The position numbers were made by a program, and so were the translations under genes. Below are positions 9,464 to 18,344 of a stretch of DNA of 24,000 bases, in pieces. Below the pieces are notes generated by a model. The model saw only the letters and a list, made by a program, of their open reading frames with translations. It searched no databases and was not told the DNA's origin. This DNA is from an uncultured Planctomycetaceae bacterium (GTDB taxonomy: Bacteria; Planctomycetota; Planctomycetia; Planctomycetales; Planctomycetaceae). The stretch spans positions 218,883 to 242,882 of the forward strand of contig CAVWNP010000007.1 of the NCBI GenBank assembly GCA_963756305.1, written 5' to 3'. Every line of letters starts with the position of its first letter. Position 1 is the stretch's first letter.

Positions 9464-11239
9464 TTAGCGGGACCCCGGCCGGCGCAGTGCCCAGTAATCA
9501 TCGCTGTGCCAAAGCACCTCGGCGTAGGTTTGTCGGGCCAGAGTGACCAGTTGCTGGTCCGCCGAACGCACCAGAAGGACGTCAATGGATCGCTCGTGAT
9601 CCGTGAGAAACTTTCGCAGCCGCTCGCGATCCGTGTTCTTGCTTCGGATCGAGTTCCTGCAGTTGCGAGACGTCGTTCACCAATGACGGCGGATAATTGG
9701 GGCGCAGCTTGACCGGGAAGTAATAATGCGCGGCTTCGTAGTTGCTGACGAGTACGCTGCGGCTCCAAAGCGCTGCGTAGGCATCGCCGTGCAGACCGGG
9801 GTCGGCTTCGAAGCGCAGCCGCGGCTGTGTTCCGATCTGGTAGATGCGCTCGCCGGGAGCAATCTTCGCGGCAGCCTGTTGCACGTCGCGCATCTGCCGA
9901 TCGGCAAACCTCGTGAAGTCCCAAATCGCTGCCAGATGCAACGCGAATGCGACGGCGACGAGCAGGCTGGTGCCGAGTGTCAGAGCACGGCTCACATCGA
10001 AGCGGACGTAACCGACAAGCAAAGTCATTGAAAGCAACATCGCGCGAAACGGCAGGAACGAGCCGTTTTGCGCGGTGCCGTCGGGGATGAGCAGGGCTGC
10101 AATGATGCCAGCGAAGCCCAAAATGCCCCAACCGAGGCGGCGATAGTCCTTCGACCGCATGTCCCTGACGAAGGTCCCGACCGTTTGCAACACCGACGGC
10201 GCCGGCGAGCAAGACAAAGGGATCGAGGAACAGTCGTACCAGGACGAATCGAGCAAGAGGACCGTGCGGCGAGGCGTCGGCCGACTCGTGATCGATGGAG
10301 CCGAAACTCGTGAACGGGACCACGTGCTTCATCACACTGACGCAATCGGCACGCGCGACGAGCATCAACCAATAGCGGATCCCCAACAAATGGAATCCCT
10401 TGAGATGACTCCAATCGAGTTCCATTCCTCCCGCATGGCCGGCACTCAAATTTCGATAGAGGACAGAAACGGGACGGCGGTCAACAAAATCGCCCCTGTC
10501 CACAACCACCGGCGGCGACTCGACGAGCCGATCAGCAGCAAGGCACCGATCGCCAGTATGGCGAACGCCCAAGGCACCGGGTGGCAGAAGTAGGTCAACG
10601 CAAGGAGAGCGGCAATTCCCAGTGAGCGTAGTAGATTGAGCCGGTCGCGACCTCGCTCGTAGAACGCAATGACCGCAATTGCGGCCGCCGCGCCGAGCAA
10701 GAAACTCTCGAAGCCCATGACCCAGGCCCGACCGGTCGCCAAACAGCCCGCGAAACGCGGCGATCCAAACGACGCCACCGCGTGCGGCCTGTCTGCTTTC
10801 GGAACCAGAGCGCGGCCAATAGCGGCGCGACTCCTGTGATCGTCAGCATGACGCGCGGGATGAGTGAAAGCGGCAGAACATTGAGCAGTCCGACCAGGAC
10901 CAGCGTGCCGGCCCAATTCGGCAGCGGCTTCCAGCCGACTTCATAGAGGGCCGTGCTCGGTCCGCCACCGGCCAGCGATTCGCTGACGATCGAAGCGTTA
11001 TACAGATGCGACGGGCCGTCCTGCGTCGCGACCAGAGGCGAGCACCAGACCGGCAGCGATCAAGAGCACGATCAAGGCCCCGACCGCGAAGTAGCCGAAG
11101 ACGCTTCGACCTCGAATTGGGGGGTGCCGACGGATCCGGCATACTGCCTTCCGGTTGTCTCGTCCGCCCGCAACCACGCCCGCTCGCGGTGATTGTAGGC
11201 GGCGCGACGGGCGTGTGCGATGGTTTGGCGTCTGATCAT
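9464..11239 (-). pseudogene. large polytopic membrane protein with a C-terminal soluble domain (family not recognised; GT-C-like layout), frame broken about 6 times
   Basis: Protein-like text can be chained across minus-strand frames. The chain is: MIRRQTIAHARR..PQFEVEA | SVFGYFAVGALIVLLIAAGLVLAS | LVATQDGPSHLYNASIVSESLAGGGPSTALYEVGWKPLPNWAGTLVLVGLLNVLPLSLIPRVMLTITGVAPLLAALWFRK | ..MGFESFLLGAAAAIAVIAFYERGRDRLNLLRSLGIAALLALTYFCHPVPWAFAILAIGALLLIG..AVPFLSSIEI | LYRNLSAGHAGGMELDWSHLKGFHLLGIRYWLMLV.. | ..RSKDYRRLGWGILGFAGIIAALLIPDG..YEAAHYYFPVKLRPNYPP..ELDPKQEH | DRERLRKFLTDHERSIDVLLVRSADQQLVTLARQTYAEVLWHSDDYWALRRPGSR. The stop is at 9466-9464. Breaks lie near 11090, 11035, 10800, 10450, 10200-10260 and 9640. 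Confidence 0.5.
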
Positions 11240-11457
11240 CCGTACCACAATGGCGGCACTAAGTTGCGCGCCGTCAGAAGCGCCGGTTTGAGGGAAGGTT
11301 CTCGGCCCTTGACCCGCTCCGTAGCATTTACCTTGGGACGGCGGGCCGGTATTGTCAAATCGCGTATGGACGGGTGAGTTTGCGGGCAACCCGGGTCGAT
11401 CGGTCGGAATCGGTCGGCAAATTGATCTGCGAACTCGTTTTGGCGGAGCCGAAATCA

Positions 11458-12299
11458 ATGGCGACCGGCGATCTTTCGAATGCGGCGACAGCTGCGAATC
11501 TCAACGACTTTCTGAACCCGATCGATCGCGACGCTCTCCGCGACCAGGTCCGTCGCTCGAAGCCCGTCCCCAATTTTCTCATCGATAATTTTTTACGGCC
11601 CGAGTTTGCCGCTCGCGTCGTGGATGCCTATCCCGCCCTACGACGAGGCGGCCGCGATGGGCCGTTCGTTCAAAGCGGTCAATGAAAAGGGGAAGGTCCA
11701 AGTCACCGATGCGGCCCGGTTCCCCGAGCCAATCCAGCAGCTCAATCATATTCTGGCGTCGCCCGAGTTCTGTGAACTCATTTCCTACGCGCTCGACATC
11801 CCGCAATTGCTCGCCGACGAAAAGCTCGTCGGCGGCGGCATGCATCAGACGGCCGCACGCGGGCATCTCGACGTGCACGTCGATTTCAACTATCTGGAAG
11901 ACCGCGGCTGGCACCGGCGGGCGAATTTGCTGGTTTTCTTGAATCGAGGCTGGCAGCCCGAGTGGGGCGGAGAGTTTGAGCTGTGGGATGCCGACGTCAA
12001 GGTTCGGCATCACGCCCATCTTCCGATTTTCAACCGTTGCGTGCTGTTCGAGACGAACGAGGTCAGCTTTCACGGGGTGACCGCCGTGAAGTGTCCGCCC
12101 GGCCAGACGCGCAAATCGTTCGCGGCTTACTATTACACGACCGAAGCGCCGGCGCACTGGAACGGCCAGTCCCACTCGACCGATCTTTCGAGCCCGTCCG
12201 GACGAGTTCCTCAAAGGGACCGTCGCCATGCCGGCCGAAAAAGCCAAACGCTGGCTGAGCCAGACGATTCGACGCGTGAAGCAAAAGACGCTCGGCTAA
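11458..12299 (+). pseudogene. 2OG-Fe(II) oxygenase superfamily protein (prolyl-hydroxylase-like), two frameshifts
   Basis: The ATG 11458 frame gives MATGDLSNAATAANLNDFLNPIDRDALRDQVRRSKPVPNFLIDNFLRPEFAARVVDAYP. It continues in the next frame as PYDEAAAMGRSFKAVNEKGKVQVTD...GGGMHQTAARGHLDVHVDFN (HxD)...WGGEFELWD...SFHGV. A third frame gives ..HSTIFRARPDEFLKGTVAMPAEKAKRWLSQTIRRVKQKTLG with stop 12297-12299. The breaks are at the ccc runs 11632-11638 and the cc at 12180-12181. Confidence 0.7.
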
Positions 12300-12376
12300 G
12301 TCGGCTCGCGAACCGTTCGGCTTTTAACCGTGTCTCGGGTACTGGACGCGGTGAATCATGCCGTGGTAGAAGAAGC

Positions 12377-13243
12377 ATGACAGTCTCCATGAAGACCAAA
12401 TCGGGCGATCACCGTGTGGACACGCGCTCCGGTTCGAAGGCGGCGGAGCCGTCGCTCGATCCGGTGTGGGAGGCAATCCGCGCCGAGGTTGCCCGCGAAG
12501 TCGAGCGCGAGCCCGTGCTGGCGAGTTCGCTGCATGCCACGATTCTGCGGCACGGCCGGCTCGAAGAGGCGTTGAGCTTCCACCTGGCGGAAAAGCTGGG
12601 CAGCCCGAGCCTGTCCGAAATGCTGGTCCGCGAGGTGATCGACGAGGCCTTGGCCGCGTCCCCCGCGATCGCCGAATCGGTGCGAGCCGATCTGCGTGCG
12701 GTCAAGGAACGGGATCCGGCAACCGAGACCTATTCGCAGCCGTTTCTGTATTTCAAGGGCTTTCAGGCGCTCCAAGCCTACCGCATCGCCCATTGGCTCT
12801 GGGAACAAAATCGCAAATGGCTCGCGCTCTTCCTCCAGAATCGAATCTCGCTCGTCTTTGCCGTCGATATTCATCCCGCGGCCCGCATCGGTCACGGAAT
12901 TCTCATCGATCATGGCACGGGCGTGGTGATCGGAGAGACCGCGGTCGTCGAGAATGACGTGTCGATGCTTCACGAAGTGACGCTCGGCGGCACGGGCAAA
13001 GAGACGGGCGATCGGCACCCAAAAGTTCGCGAAGGCGTGCTCATCGGCGCCGGAGCGAAGATTCTCGGAAACGTCGAAATCGGCAAGCGGGCCAAGGTCG
13101 GCGCGGGAAGCGTCGTGCTCATCGACGTTCCGCCGCATTGCACGGCCGCCGGCGTGCCGGCCCGCATCGTCGGATGCCCGCAAGAGGAAGAACCGGCACT
13201 TGCCATGAATCACCGCCTTCCCGACACGGGAGCGGGGATTTGA
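12377..13243 (+). CDS. cysE: serine O-acetyltransferase
   Basis: ATG 12377 (MTVSMKTKSG..). It has SATase N-terminal-type text (EPVLASSLHATILRHGRLEEALSFHLAEKL; YFKGFQALQAYRIAHWLW). Left-handed beta-helix hexapeptide repeats follow (IHPAARIGHGILIDHGTGVVIGETAVVENDVSMLHEVTLGGTG..RHPKVREGVLIGAGAKILGNVEIGKRAKVGAGSVV). The track merges it with the upstream gene as 11606..13243. Confidence 0.85.
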   Translation: MTVSMKTKSGDHRVDTRSGSKAAEPSLDPVWEAIRAEVAREVEREPVLASSLHATILRHGRLEEALSFHLAEKLGSPSLSEMLVREVIDEALAASPAIAESVRADLRAVKERDPATETYSQPFLYFKGFQALQAYRIAHWLWEQNRKWLALFLQNRISLVFAVDIHPAARIGHGILIDHGTGVVIGETAVVENDVSMLHEVTLGGTGKETGDRHPKVREGVLIGAGAKILGNVEIGKRAKVGAGSVVLIDVPPHCTAAGVPARIVGCPQEEEPALAMNHRLPDTGAGI

Positions 13244-13291
13244 TCCCAAGGCCTGGCTCCGCCACCGTACGTCCGCGAATGAATTGGCCGC

Positions 13292-13733
13292 ATGACTTAC
13301 ACCGTCGAATCGAAGACCGTCGAAAGTCAGCCGCTGGCCGCGGTGAAACGCCGCGTCCGTCAAAACGAACTCTCGACCGTCGTTCCTGAGGCGTGCGGAA
13401 TTGTCTGGGACGCCGTCAAAGCGCTTCAAATCAAAGGCGGGCGGCACGTCGCAATTTATTGGAACGGCGAGATCGATCTCGAGGTCGGCGTGGAGGTCGA
13501 CGATTCGTTTCCGGGCCGGGGCGATGTCCTTCGATCGGCAACTCCCGCGGGTCCGGTGCTCACGACGGCCCATTTTGGTATGTACGATCGTCTCGGCGAT
13601 GCTCATCGGGCGATCGTCGATTGGTCGGTCGCAGCATCAAAAGCCGTTGGCGGGCCCGAATTGGGAAGTCTACGGCCATTGGACCGACGATCTGTCACAG
13701 CTTCGCACCGATGTCTTCTACTTGCTGAAGTGA
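13292..13733 (+). CDS. GyrI-like small-molecule-binding domain protein; one frameshift near the 3' end
   Basis: MTYTVESKTVESQPLAAVKRRV...HVAIYWNGEIDLEVGVEV...TTAHFGMYDRLGDAHRAIVDW fits the GyrI-like/AraC-effector-binding fold pattern. Removing one A from the aaaa run 13639-13642 joins it to ..SKPLAGPNWEVYGHWTDDLSQLRTDVFYLLK (stop 13731-13733), a typical family C-terminus. The track shows 13292..13744 and 13401..13733 separately. Confidence 0.65.
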
Positions 13734-13802
13734 AGGGAGAGTGAGTCGGTCGGAGACGCTCGTTTAATCCCGCCCGCCTGCTTTTACCGACCGGCCAAAA
13801 TC

Positions 13803-14880
13803 ATGAACCGCTTCCCCCCCGAACGCCTCCACGAGTTTTGTCGCCGCGTCTTCGAGTCGTTTGGGATCCCGCCGGCCGACGCGGCGCAGGCCGCGGAGAT
13901 CCTGATCGTCGCCGACTCTCGGGGCATCGACACGCACGGCGTCGCCCGCCTCAAAGCCTACGTCGATCTGATGGAAGGCGGGCGAGTCAACCCGAAGCCG
14001 AATATTCGCATCGTCCGCGACAGTCCCGCGGCGGCAACGGTCGACGGCGACAACGGGCTCGGAATGACCGTCGCCAGTTGGGCAAATAAACTGGCAATGG
14101 ACAAAGCCGACCGCGTCGGCGCCGGCTGGGTGTCCGTTTGCGGCACGAATCACTATGGCATCGCCGGCTATTACGTTTTGCAGGCGCTCAAGCGCGATCA
14201 AATCGGCTTTTGCATGACGAATACCACGAGCATCGTCGCGCCGCTTTGGGGTGCTGAGCGCCGGCTCGGCACGAATCCGATCGCGGTCGCATTCCCGGCC
14301 TTGGAAGAGCCGCCCATCGTGATCGACATGGCGACAACCTCGGCCGCGTTCGGCAAAGTCGAGAATGCCATCCGTCGGCAAGAGTCGATTCCCGAAGGCT
14401 GGGCGGTCGACGCTGAAGGACGTCCCACGACAAATCCGGCGGACGTCGTTGCGGGCGGAGCACTCTTGCCGATGGGGTCCGACAAGGAGCGCGGAGGCCA
14501 CAAGGGCTATTGCCTCTCGGCGATGGTCGACCTGTTATGCGGACCGCTCTCCGGAGCCAATTGGGGCCCCTTCACGCCGCCCTTCATTATGCTGAAGACG
14601 ACGCAGGAGCGGACCGTCGGCAAAGGCATCGGCCACTTTTTCGGCGCGCTGAAAATCTCCGCGTTCATCGATCCGACGGAGTTCAAACGCCAGGTCGACG
14701 ACTGGATCCGCACGTTTCGCGCAACGAAGGCGGCCCCCGGAACGGATGGGCCGCTGATTCCCGGTGATCCCGAGCGCCAGGCCGAAGAGCAGAATCCGCC
14801 GCGAGGGGATTCCGCTTCTGGGCCCCGTAATCGACGATCTCCGTGAGGTCTCTCGCAGAACCGGCGTGCCGTTCGACTAA
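13803..14880 (+). CDS. Ldh_2 family oxidoreductase (malate/L-lactate/sulfolactate dehydrogenase type 2); one frameshift near the 3' end
   Basis: Family text: ADSRGIDTHGVARLKAYVDLMEGGRVNP, NHYGIAGYY, GTNPIAVAFP, GGHKGYCLSAMVDLLCGPLSGA. The track ORF ends at 14846 with junk (NPPRGDSASGPRNRRSP). Removing one C at the cc 14796-14797 gives ..ERQAEEQNRREGIPLLGPVIDDLREVSRRTGVPFD with stop 14878-14880. Confidence 0.8.
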
Positions 14881-14914
14881 ATCCGCTTGGAAAGTCGCAC
14901 AATCGGCGACGAAA

Positions 14915-15082
14915 TCAAGCGCGGATGAGATAGGCCTTCAGCCGATTCACGAGTCCGGCTTTCTCGTCCTCTTTCTCGTCCGATTTCTCTTCCGGGCCGT
15001 CAATGTGTCGACGCAGTTCGGCATTGATCCAGGAGAGAAACTCGACGCTCATATCGGGGCGTTGCGGGGGAGCCTGGAGCAT
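14915..15082 (-). CDS. small hypothetical protein (55 aa, acidic Lys/Glu/Asp-rich middle); below the ORF-track length cutoff
   Basis: Minus-strand translation is MLQAPPQRPDMSVEFLSWINAELRRHIDGPEEKSDEKEDEKAGLVNRLKAYLIRA followed by a stop. Third codon positions are mostly G/C, as in the neighbouring genes. AGGA lies about 9 nt before the ATG at 15082, and a second in-frame ATG sits at codon 11. The competing plus ORF 14843..15088 starts inside the Ldh_2 gene. Confidence 0.4.
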   Translation of the reverse strand: MLQAPPQRPDMSVEFLSWINAELRRHIDGPEEKSDEKEDEKAGLVNRLKAYLIRA

Positions 15083-15549
15083 GACTGAATCCTGTTCTCG
15101 CTGGGGGGGTTGGCGAATTTCGGCGGCGCGCGTCAGCGCGGCTTTGGCCGAAAGGAAGTATTAGTCATATTTGTTTTTCCTGCTGTCGGCTTTGTACGTG
15201 GTAGGCCGCCGGATGGAAAAAATGGGTCGAGGTTGCCGTTTGCGCCGGTAATGCGGCCCCCGGAGAGTGTCTCGAAAATGAGGCACACGAACTTGGGGAA
15301 ACGTCGCTTATCCCCGCGCTTTCAATGAGATGGGGAAGCCGCTGCCGAAGACACCGCAATCTCGGTCTGTGCCTCGGGCTCCTTGAAATCATCTCCGTCG
15401 CAAAGCGGAATGACTGGCATTATCCAGCCATCTGGACGCGGCGAAACGGAATTTCTCAAGTTCGCGCGCGAGGGATCAAATCGGCTCGCATCGGCGCGGG
15501 ACACTTTCCGATATCACGATCAGCGAGGGGGCGAGAAGGAGTCGCTCCG

Positions 15550-17157
15550 ATGCGATCTCAATATGTCGTATACAGGCACAGGCGCAGGTGGTGGATGGGT
15601 CGCGATAAGGTTCTCGGTTTGTCGCTGGCAATTCTCGTCATCGGCATCGCTGCCGCATTTTGTTTTCGAAACGAGGAGTTTGTCGAGAACGGACTCAAGC
15701 TGGCCCGGGCAAACATTCTCGACGAGGCAATCTCCAAGTTGCCGGGGCCGAAACCCTATCCGCAAGAAACAAAACCCGCCAAACCCAAGGCGACATTGCC
15801 GACAGTGACGCTGAACGGAATCGAATCGGTCGATCCGTTCGCGGATCGGCAACCTTCGGCAACGGCGGATCGCGAGAAGACCGTTAAACCGATCAATAAG
15901 CCGAAGCAGTCGCCGCCCGTGAAGCTCGCGGCCATCGAGAACAAGACGTCGATTCCGACGTCGATGCCGGCAATCGACACGCGGTCGGAAACCGATGGGT
16001 CGACGGCCTCGATCGACACCGATAAGGCGGCTCCCGAAATTAATACGTCGAAGCCGTCAACGGCGCCCGCGTTCCCGGCGGAGAAGCCCTCGAGCGAGGC
16101 GTCTACGCTGCTCACCTCGACGGCGCCGCCGATCACCGAACCCTCCGGCAGCGACAAGGAGCCCACAGTCGGCGAAATTGTCATTCGCCCAAACCCACCT
16201 TCGCACAGTCGGACCGCGAAAGAACACAATGTGGCCTGGCAGTCGAAGGCGGCGGAAGAACACCGCGACACGACTGCCGAGAATTCGCCCCGTGTCGAAC
16301 CGAAAAGCATCGAGCCAAAGAGCGAGCCGAAAAGCGTCGAGCCAAATGGCGAGCCGAAAAGCATCGAACCGAAAAGCGATGATTCAACCAGCGACGATCC
16401 GCATCGAAATGAGTGCACGCGCGACAACCCGACGCGCGATATTCCCGGGGTCGCCTCCCAGAACGATGCAATAAAGGATCCAACTGCCGACGAAAAGCCG
16501 ACACGAGATACGCCGGTGGCAATCGATTCGCCCCCCAGCGAACGCGTGACAACAAGTACTCAAGGTGATCCTGCGACGCCGGAAACCGGCGCCTCGGCGA
16601 AATCGATCCTCCATCGCGTGCGGCGAGGCGACATGTTGACGAAAATCGCCCTGCATTACCTGGGCGATAGTCGTCGGTATCGCGAGATTTTCGAGGCGAA
16701 TCGCGACCAACTCCGCACGCCAAACGACCGCCTGAAAATCGGCATGATGCTGCGAATTCCTGCGAATATCCAGCAACCCGTCCATCGGGACAAAATGGTC
16801 GCCAAGCGCAAGACCCATTCCAGCCGGGGGAGTCGCAGCACGATCGGGACGACAGGCGTCTCCAAGGTCCCCGTGCACAATGCGGCTCGCCTCCGCGAAA
16901 AACCGCCAGCCGAGCAGACCGAAGCGCCGTCGTCGGCAACGACCGACGACCAGGACATGCATGGGGACAATCCGTCGGCAAATCGCTTTGTCCCGGTGCG
17001 GCGTGCTCCGTTTCTCCCGGGAGCAAAGGGCCAGACAGATCAGTCGTCGTTGATTATCAAGCCCGAAGCGAAGGCTCCCGCGACGTCCTCCCGATCGGCT
17101 CCCAGACGCGCGTCAATCACACTTGCCGGCGACCGAGAGGACGCGACGATCCGTTGA
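15550..17157 (+). CDS. membrane-anchored LysM domain protein with a long Pro/Ser/Thr/Glu/Lys-rich disordered region
   Basis: Probable start is ATG 15550, preceded by GAAGGAG (15534-15540); the track ORF starts further up at 15325. It has an N-terminal anchor LGLSLAILVIGIAAAFCF, a low-complexity spacer, and a LysM motif ILHRVRRGDMLTKIALHYLGDSRRYREIFEANRDQLRTPNDRLKIGMMLRIP. Confidence 0.75.
   Translation: MRSQYVVYRHRRRWWMGRDKVLGLSLAILVIGIAAAFCFRNEEFVENGLKLARANILDEAISKLPGPKPYPQETKPAKPKATLPTVTLNGIESVDPFADRQPSATADREKTVKPINKPKQSPPVKLAAIENKTSIPTSMPAIDTRSETDGSTASIDTDKAAPEINTSKPSTAPAFPAEKPSSEASTLLTSTAPPITEPSGSDKEPTVGEIVIRPNPPSHSRTAKEHNVAWQSKAAEEHRDTTAENSPRVEPKSIEPKSEPKSVEPNGEPKSIEPKSDDSTSDDPHRNECTRDNPTRDIPGVASQNDAIKDPTADEKPTRDTPVAIDSPPSERVTTSTQGDPATPETGASAKSILHRVRRGDMLTKIALHYLGDSRRYREIFEANRDQLRTPNDRLKIGMMLRIPANIQQPVHRDKMVAKRKTHSSRGSRSTIGTTGVSKVPVHNAARLREKPPAEQTEAPSSATTDDQDMHGDNPSANRFVPVRRAPFLPGAKGQTDQSSLIIKPEAKAPATSSRSAPRRASITLAGDREDATIR
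16297..16377 (+). repeat. in-frame tandem 12/15-nt repeat inside the LysM gene (peptide EPKS(I/V) units)
   Basis: The DNA reads gaaccgaaaagcatc gagccaaagagc gagccgaaaagcgtc gagccaaatggc gagccgaaaagcatc gaaccgaaaagc. This encodes EPKSI-EPKS-EPKSV-EPNG-EPKSI-EPKS. Confidence 0.8.
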
Positions 17158-17164
17158 ATTTGGC

Positions 17165-17557
17165 TTACGCCTGCTCAGGCAATTGTGACAGCAAGTCGAG
17201 CGCGAGTTCGCCGGCCGTCTTGTTCTCGTCCTGCGGACTTCGCGACTGGAGCCCAAGGTCGTGGACAAGAAACTCGGCCCGTTCGTAGCCGCAGAGTCGT
17301 TCGTGCTGCTTGAGCAGCGGCAGAAAATCGTCGCTGCGGAGCGCGTCCGAAACCGTTGCGAAGTTGCCAATGAGATGTGCCGGGTTGTGCTTCAGCACCA
17401 GCTTACGGCAAGTTTCCGCGACGTCCGGCCAACCGGCGCGACAGGCGGCTGCGGCCGCAAGGATGAGCAATTTGTCGCGGCCGATCTGCTGGTGTTTGCG
17501 GTCGGAAATATCGGCCAGCCGAATGTAGGACAGCATGCCCGAATCATGGTCGCGCAT
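17165..17557 (-). CDS. hypothetical protein (helical, no recognised domain)
   Basis: 130-codon ORF directly downstream of the mfnB-like gene. The ATG at 17557 overlaps that gene by 14 nt; the alternative ATG 17536 leaves a 7-nt gap. Its stop lies 7 nt from the convergent LysM gene stop. Confidence 0.5.
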   Translation of the reverse strand: MRDHDSGMLSYIRLADISDRKHQQIGRDKLLILAAAAACRAGWPDVAETCRKLVLKHNPAHLIGNFATVSDALRSDDFLPLLKQHERLCGYERAEFLVHDLGLQSRSPQDENKTAGELALDLLSQLPEQA

Positions 17558-18326
17558 AGAATGGCGCCTTGCTGGCCGGTCCGAATCGGGCGCAAATCTC
17601 CGCCTTCAGCCGCCGAACAGATTCACTCGACACGTCCGCTGACCGATTCTCCCCGTGACATGCGGCGCCGCGAACTGCAATCACGTCGGGGCCAAATTCG
17701 ACCAGCGCGGCGATATCTGGCAATCGCAGGCTCCCCGCCAAAGCGAACATCAACCCCGCTTCGTGCGAGGTCGTGGCCAGTTGCATCAATTCCTGACGGC
17801 CCAAAATGTCTTGCAGTCCGCCAGCCTGTTTGCGACTGGTGTCGATCAAAAACGCATCGGCACCGAGTCGAATTGCGGCGGACAGGATCTCATCAGGAGG
17901 CGGCGCCAAAGCCGCCTGCCAGTCGGCGTATGCAACGGCCACCCGTCTGGTTGTTTCGAGCCGCGCTGTATTGAGCTGCGCTGCCTCAAGACGGTCCATC
18001 ACAAGCTGCCAACCGTCCACCCAACGCTCCAGCGTTCGCGTTTCGGCAGGGCCAAGCTTGATGTCGGTTATGCCCTGAGGCAGGACAAATGGACTCGATC
18101 TCTGGCGGAACTCCTCCACTTCGCCCAGAGCGACGCTGCACGGGGTACGGTCGCCGACGCGCGTCTCCACCGAGAACGCGGCGATCTCGGAGATGACCCC
18201 GTGGTCGGCCATTCCGAGTGGGCCGCGAAGCGGTTCTTTGACGTCGAGCCGATCACAGCCCCCGTCGAGAGCCGCTCGCGCTTCGGCCAGATTGCGAACG
18301 CTGACGAGTAAATCGGGAATTGCCAT
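17544..18326 (-). CDS. mfnB: DUF556 / MfnB-like (5-formylfuran-3-yl)methyl phosphate synthase family protein
   Basis: Intact 260-codon ORF with the family signature layout: LLVSVRNLAEARAALDGGCDRLDVKEPLRGPLGMA...; VAVAYAD; FLIDTSRK; ALAGSLRLPDIAALVEFGPDVIAVRGAAC. It parallels archaeal MfnB (LLVS.., DVKNP..GSLG, ALAGS, GPDIIGVRGAAC). Confidence 0.75.
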   Translation of the reverse strand: MAIPDLLVSVRNLAEARAALDGGCDRLDVKEPLRGPLGMADHGVISEIAAFSVETRVGDRTPCSVALGEVEEFRQRSSPFVLPQGITDIKLGPAETRTLERWVDGWQLVMDRLEAAQLNTARLETTRRVAVAYADWQAALAPPPDEILSAAIRLGADAFLIDTSRKQAGGLQDILGRQELMQLATTSHEAGLMFALAGSLRLPDIAALVEFGPDVIAVRGAACHGENRSADVSSESVRRLKAEICARFGPASKAPFYARP

Positions 18327-18344
18327 CTGGCGACTTGCTGCCGA

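Noticed and set aside
5947-11239. A tRNA-flanked genomic island downstream of the tRNA.
   Set aside because: There is no integrase or recombinase, no direct repeat of the tRNA 3' end elsewhere in the window, and no compositional break that I can see. The genes are ordinary envelope and metabolic functions.
11606-13243. A 545-aa ORF that looks like a 2OG-oxygenase / serine acetyltransferase fusion protein.
   Set aside because: The link (about 12180-12376) translates to Arg/Ser/Gly-rich junk. The oxygenase has a family-typical C-terminus in another frame ending at 12299. cysE has its own ATG at 12377. The apparent fusion is read-through created by the frameshift at 12180-12181, plus the low stop-codon frequency of GC-rich DNA.
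12356-13606. Long antisense or off-frame ORFs opposite recognised genes. Examples: 12356..13606(-), 19406..20806(-), 7541..8572(+), 4378..5175(-), 5260..5919(-), 21321..22151(+), 18381..19163(+), 17655..18311(+), 13764..14501(-), 16181..17026(-).
   Set aside because: Their translations are Arg/Pro/Gly/Ala-rich with no motif structure. Each fully overlaps a gene with clear family signatures on the other strand or in another frame. This is the expected shadow-ORF artefact of roughly 60% GC sequence.
16297-16377. Short tandem repeat considered as a possible CRISPR-like or minisatellite array.
   Set aside because: The units are 12-15 nt, contiguous, without spacers, and in frame inside a long ORF. 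It is a coding peptide repeat, not a CRISPR array.
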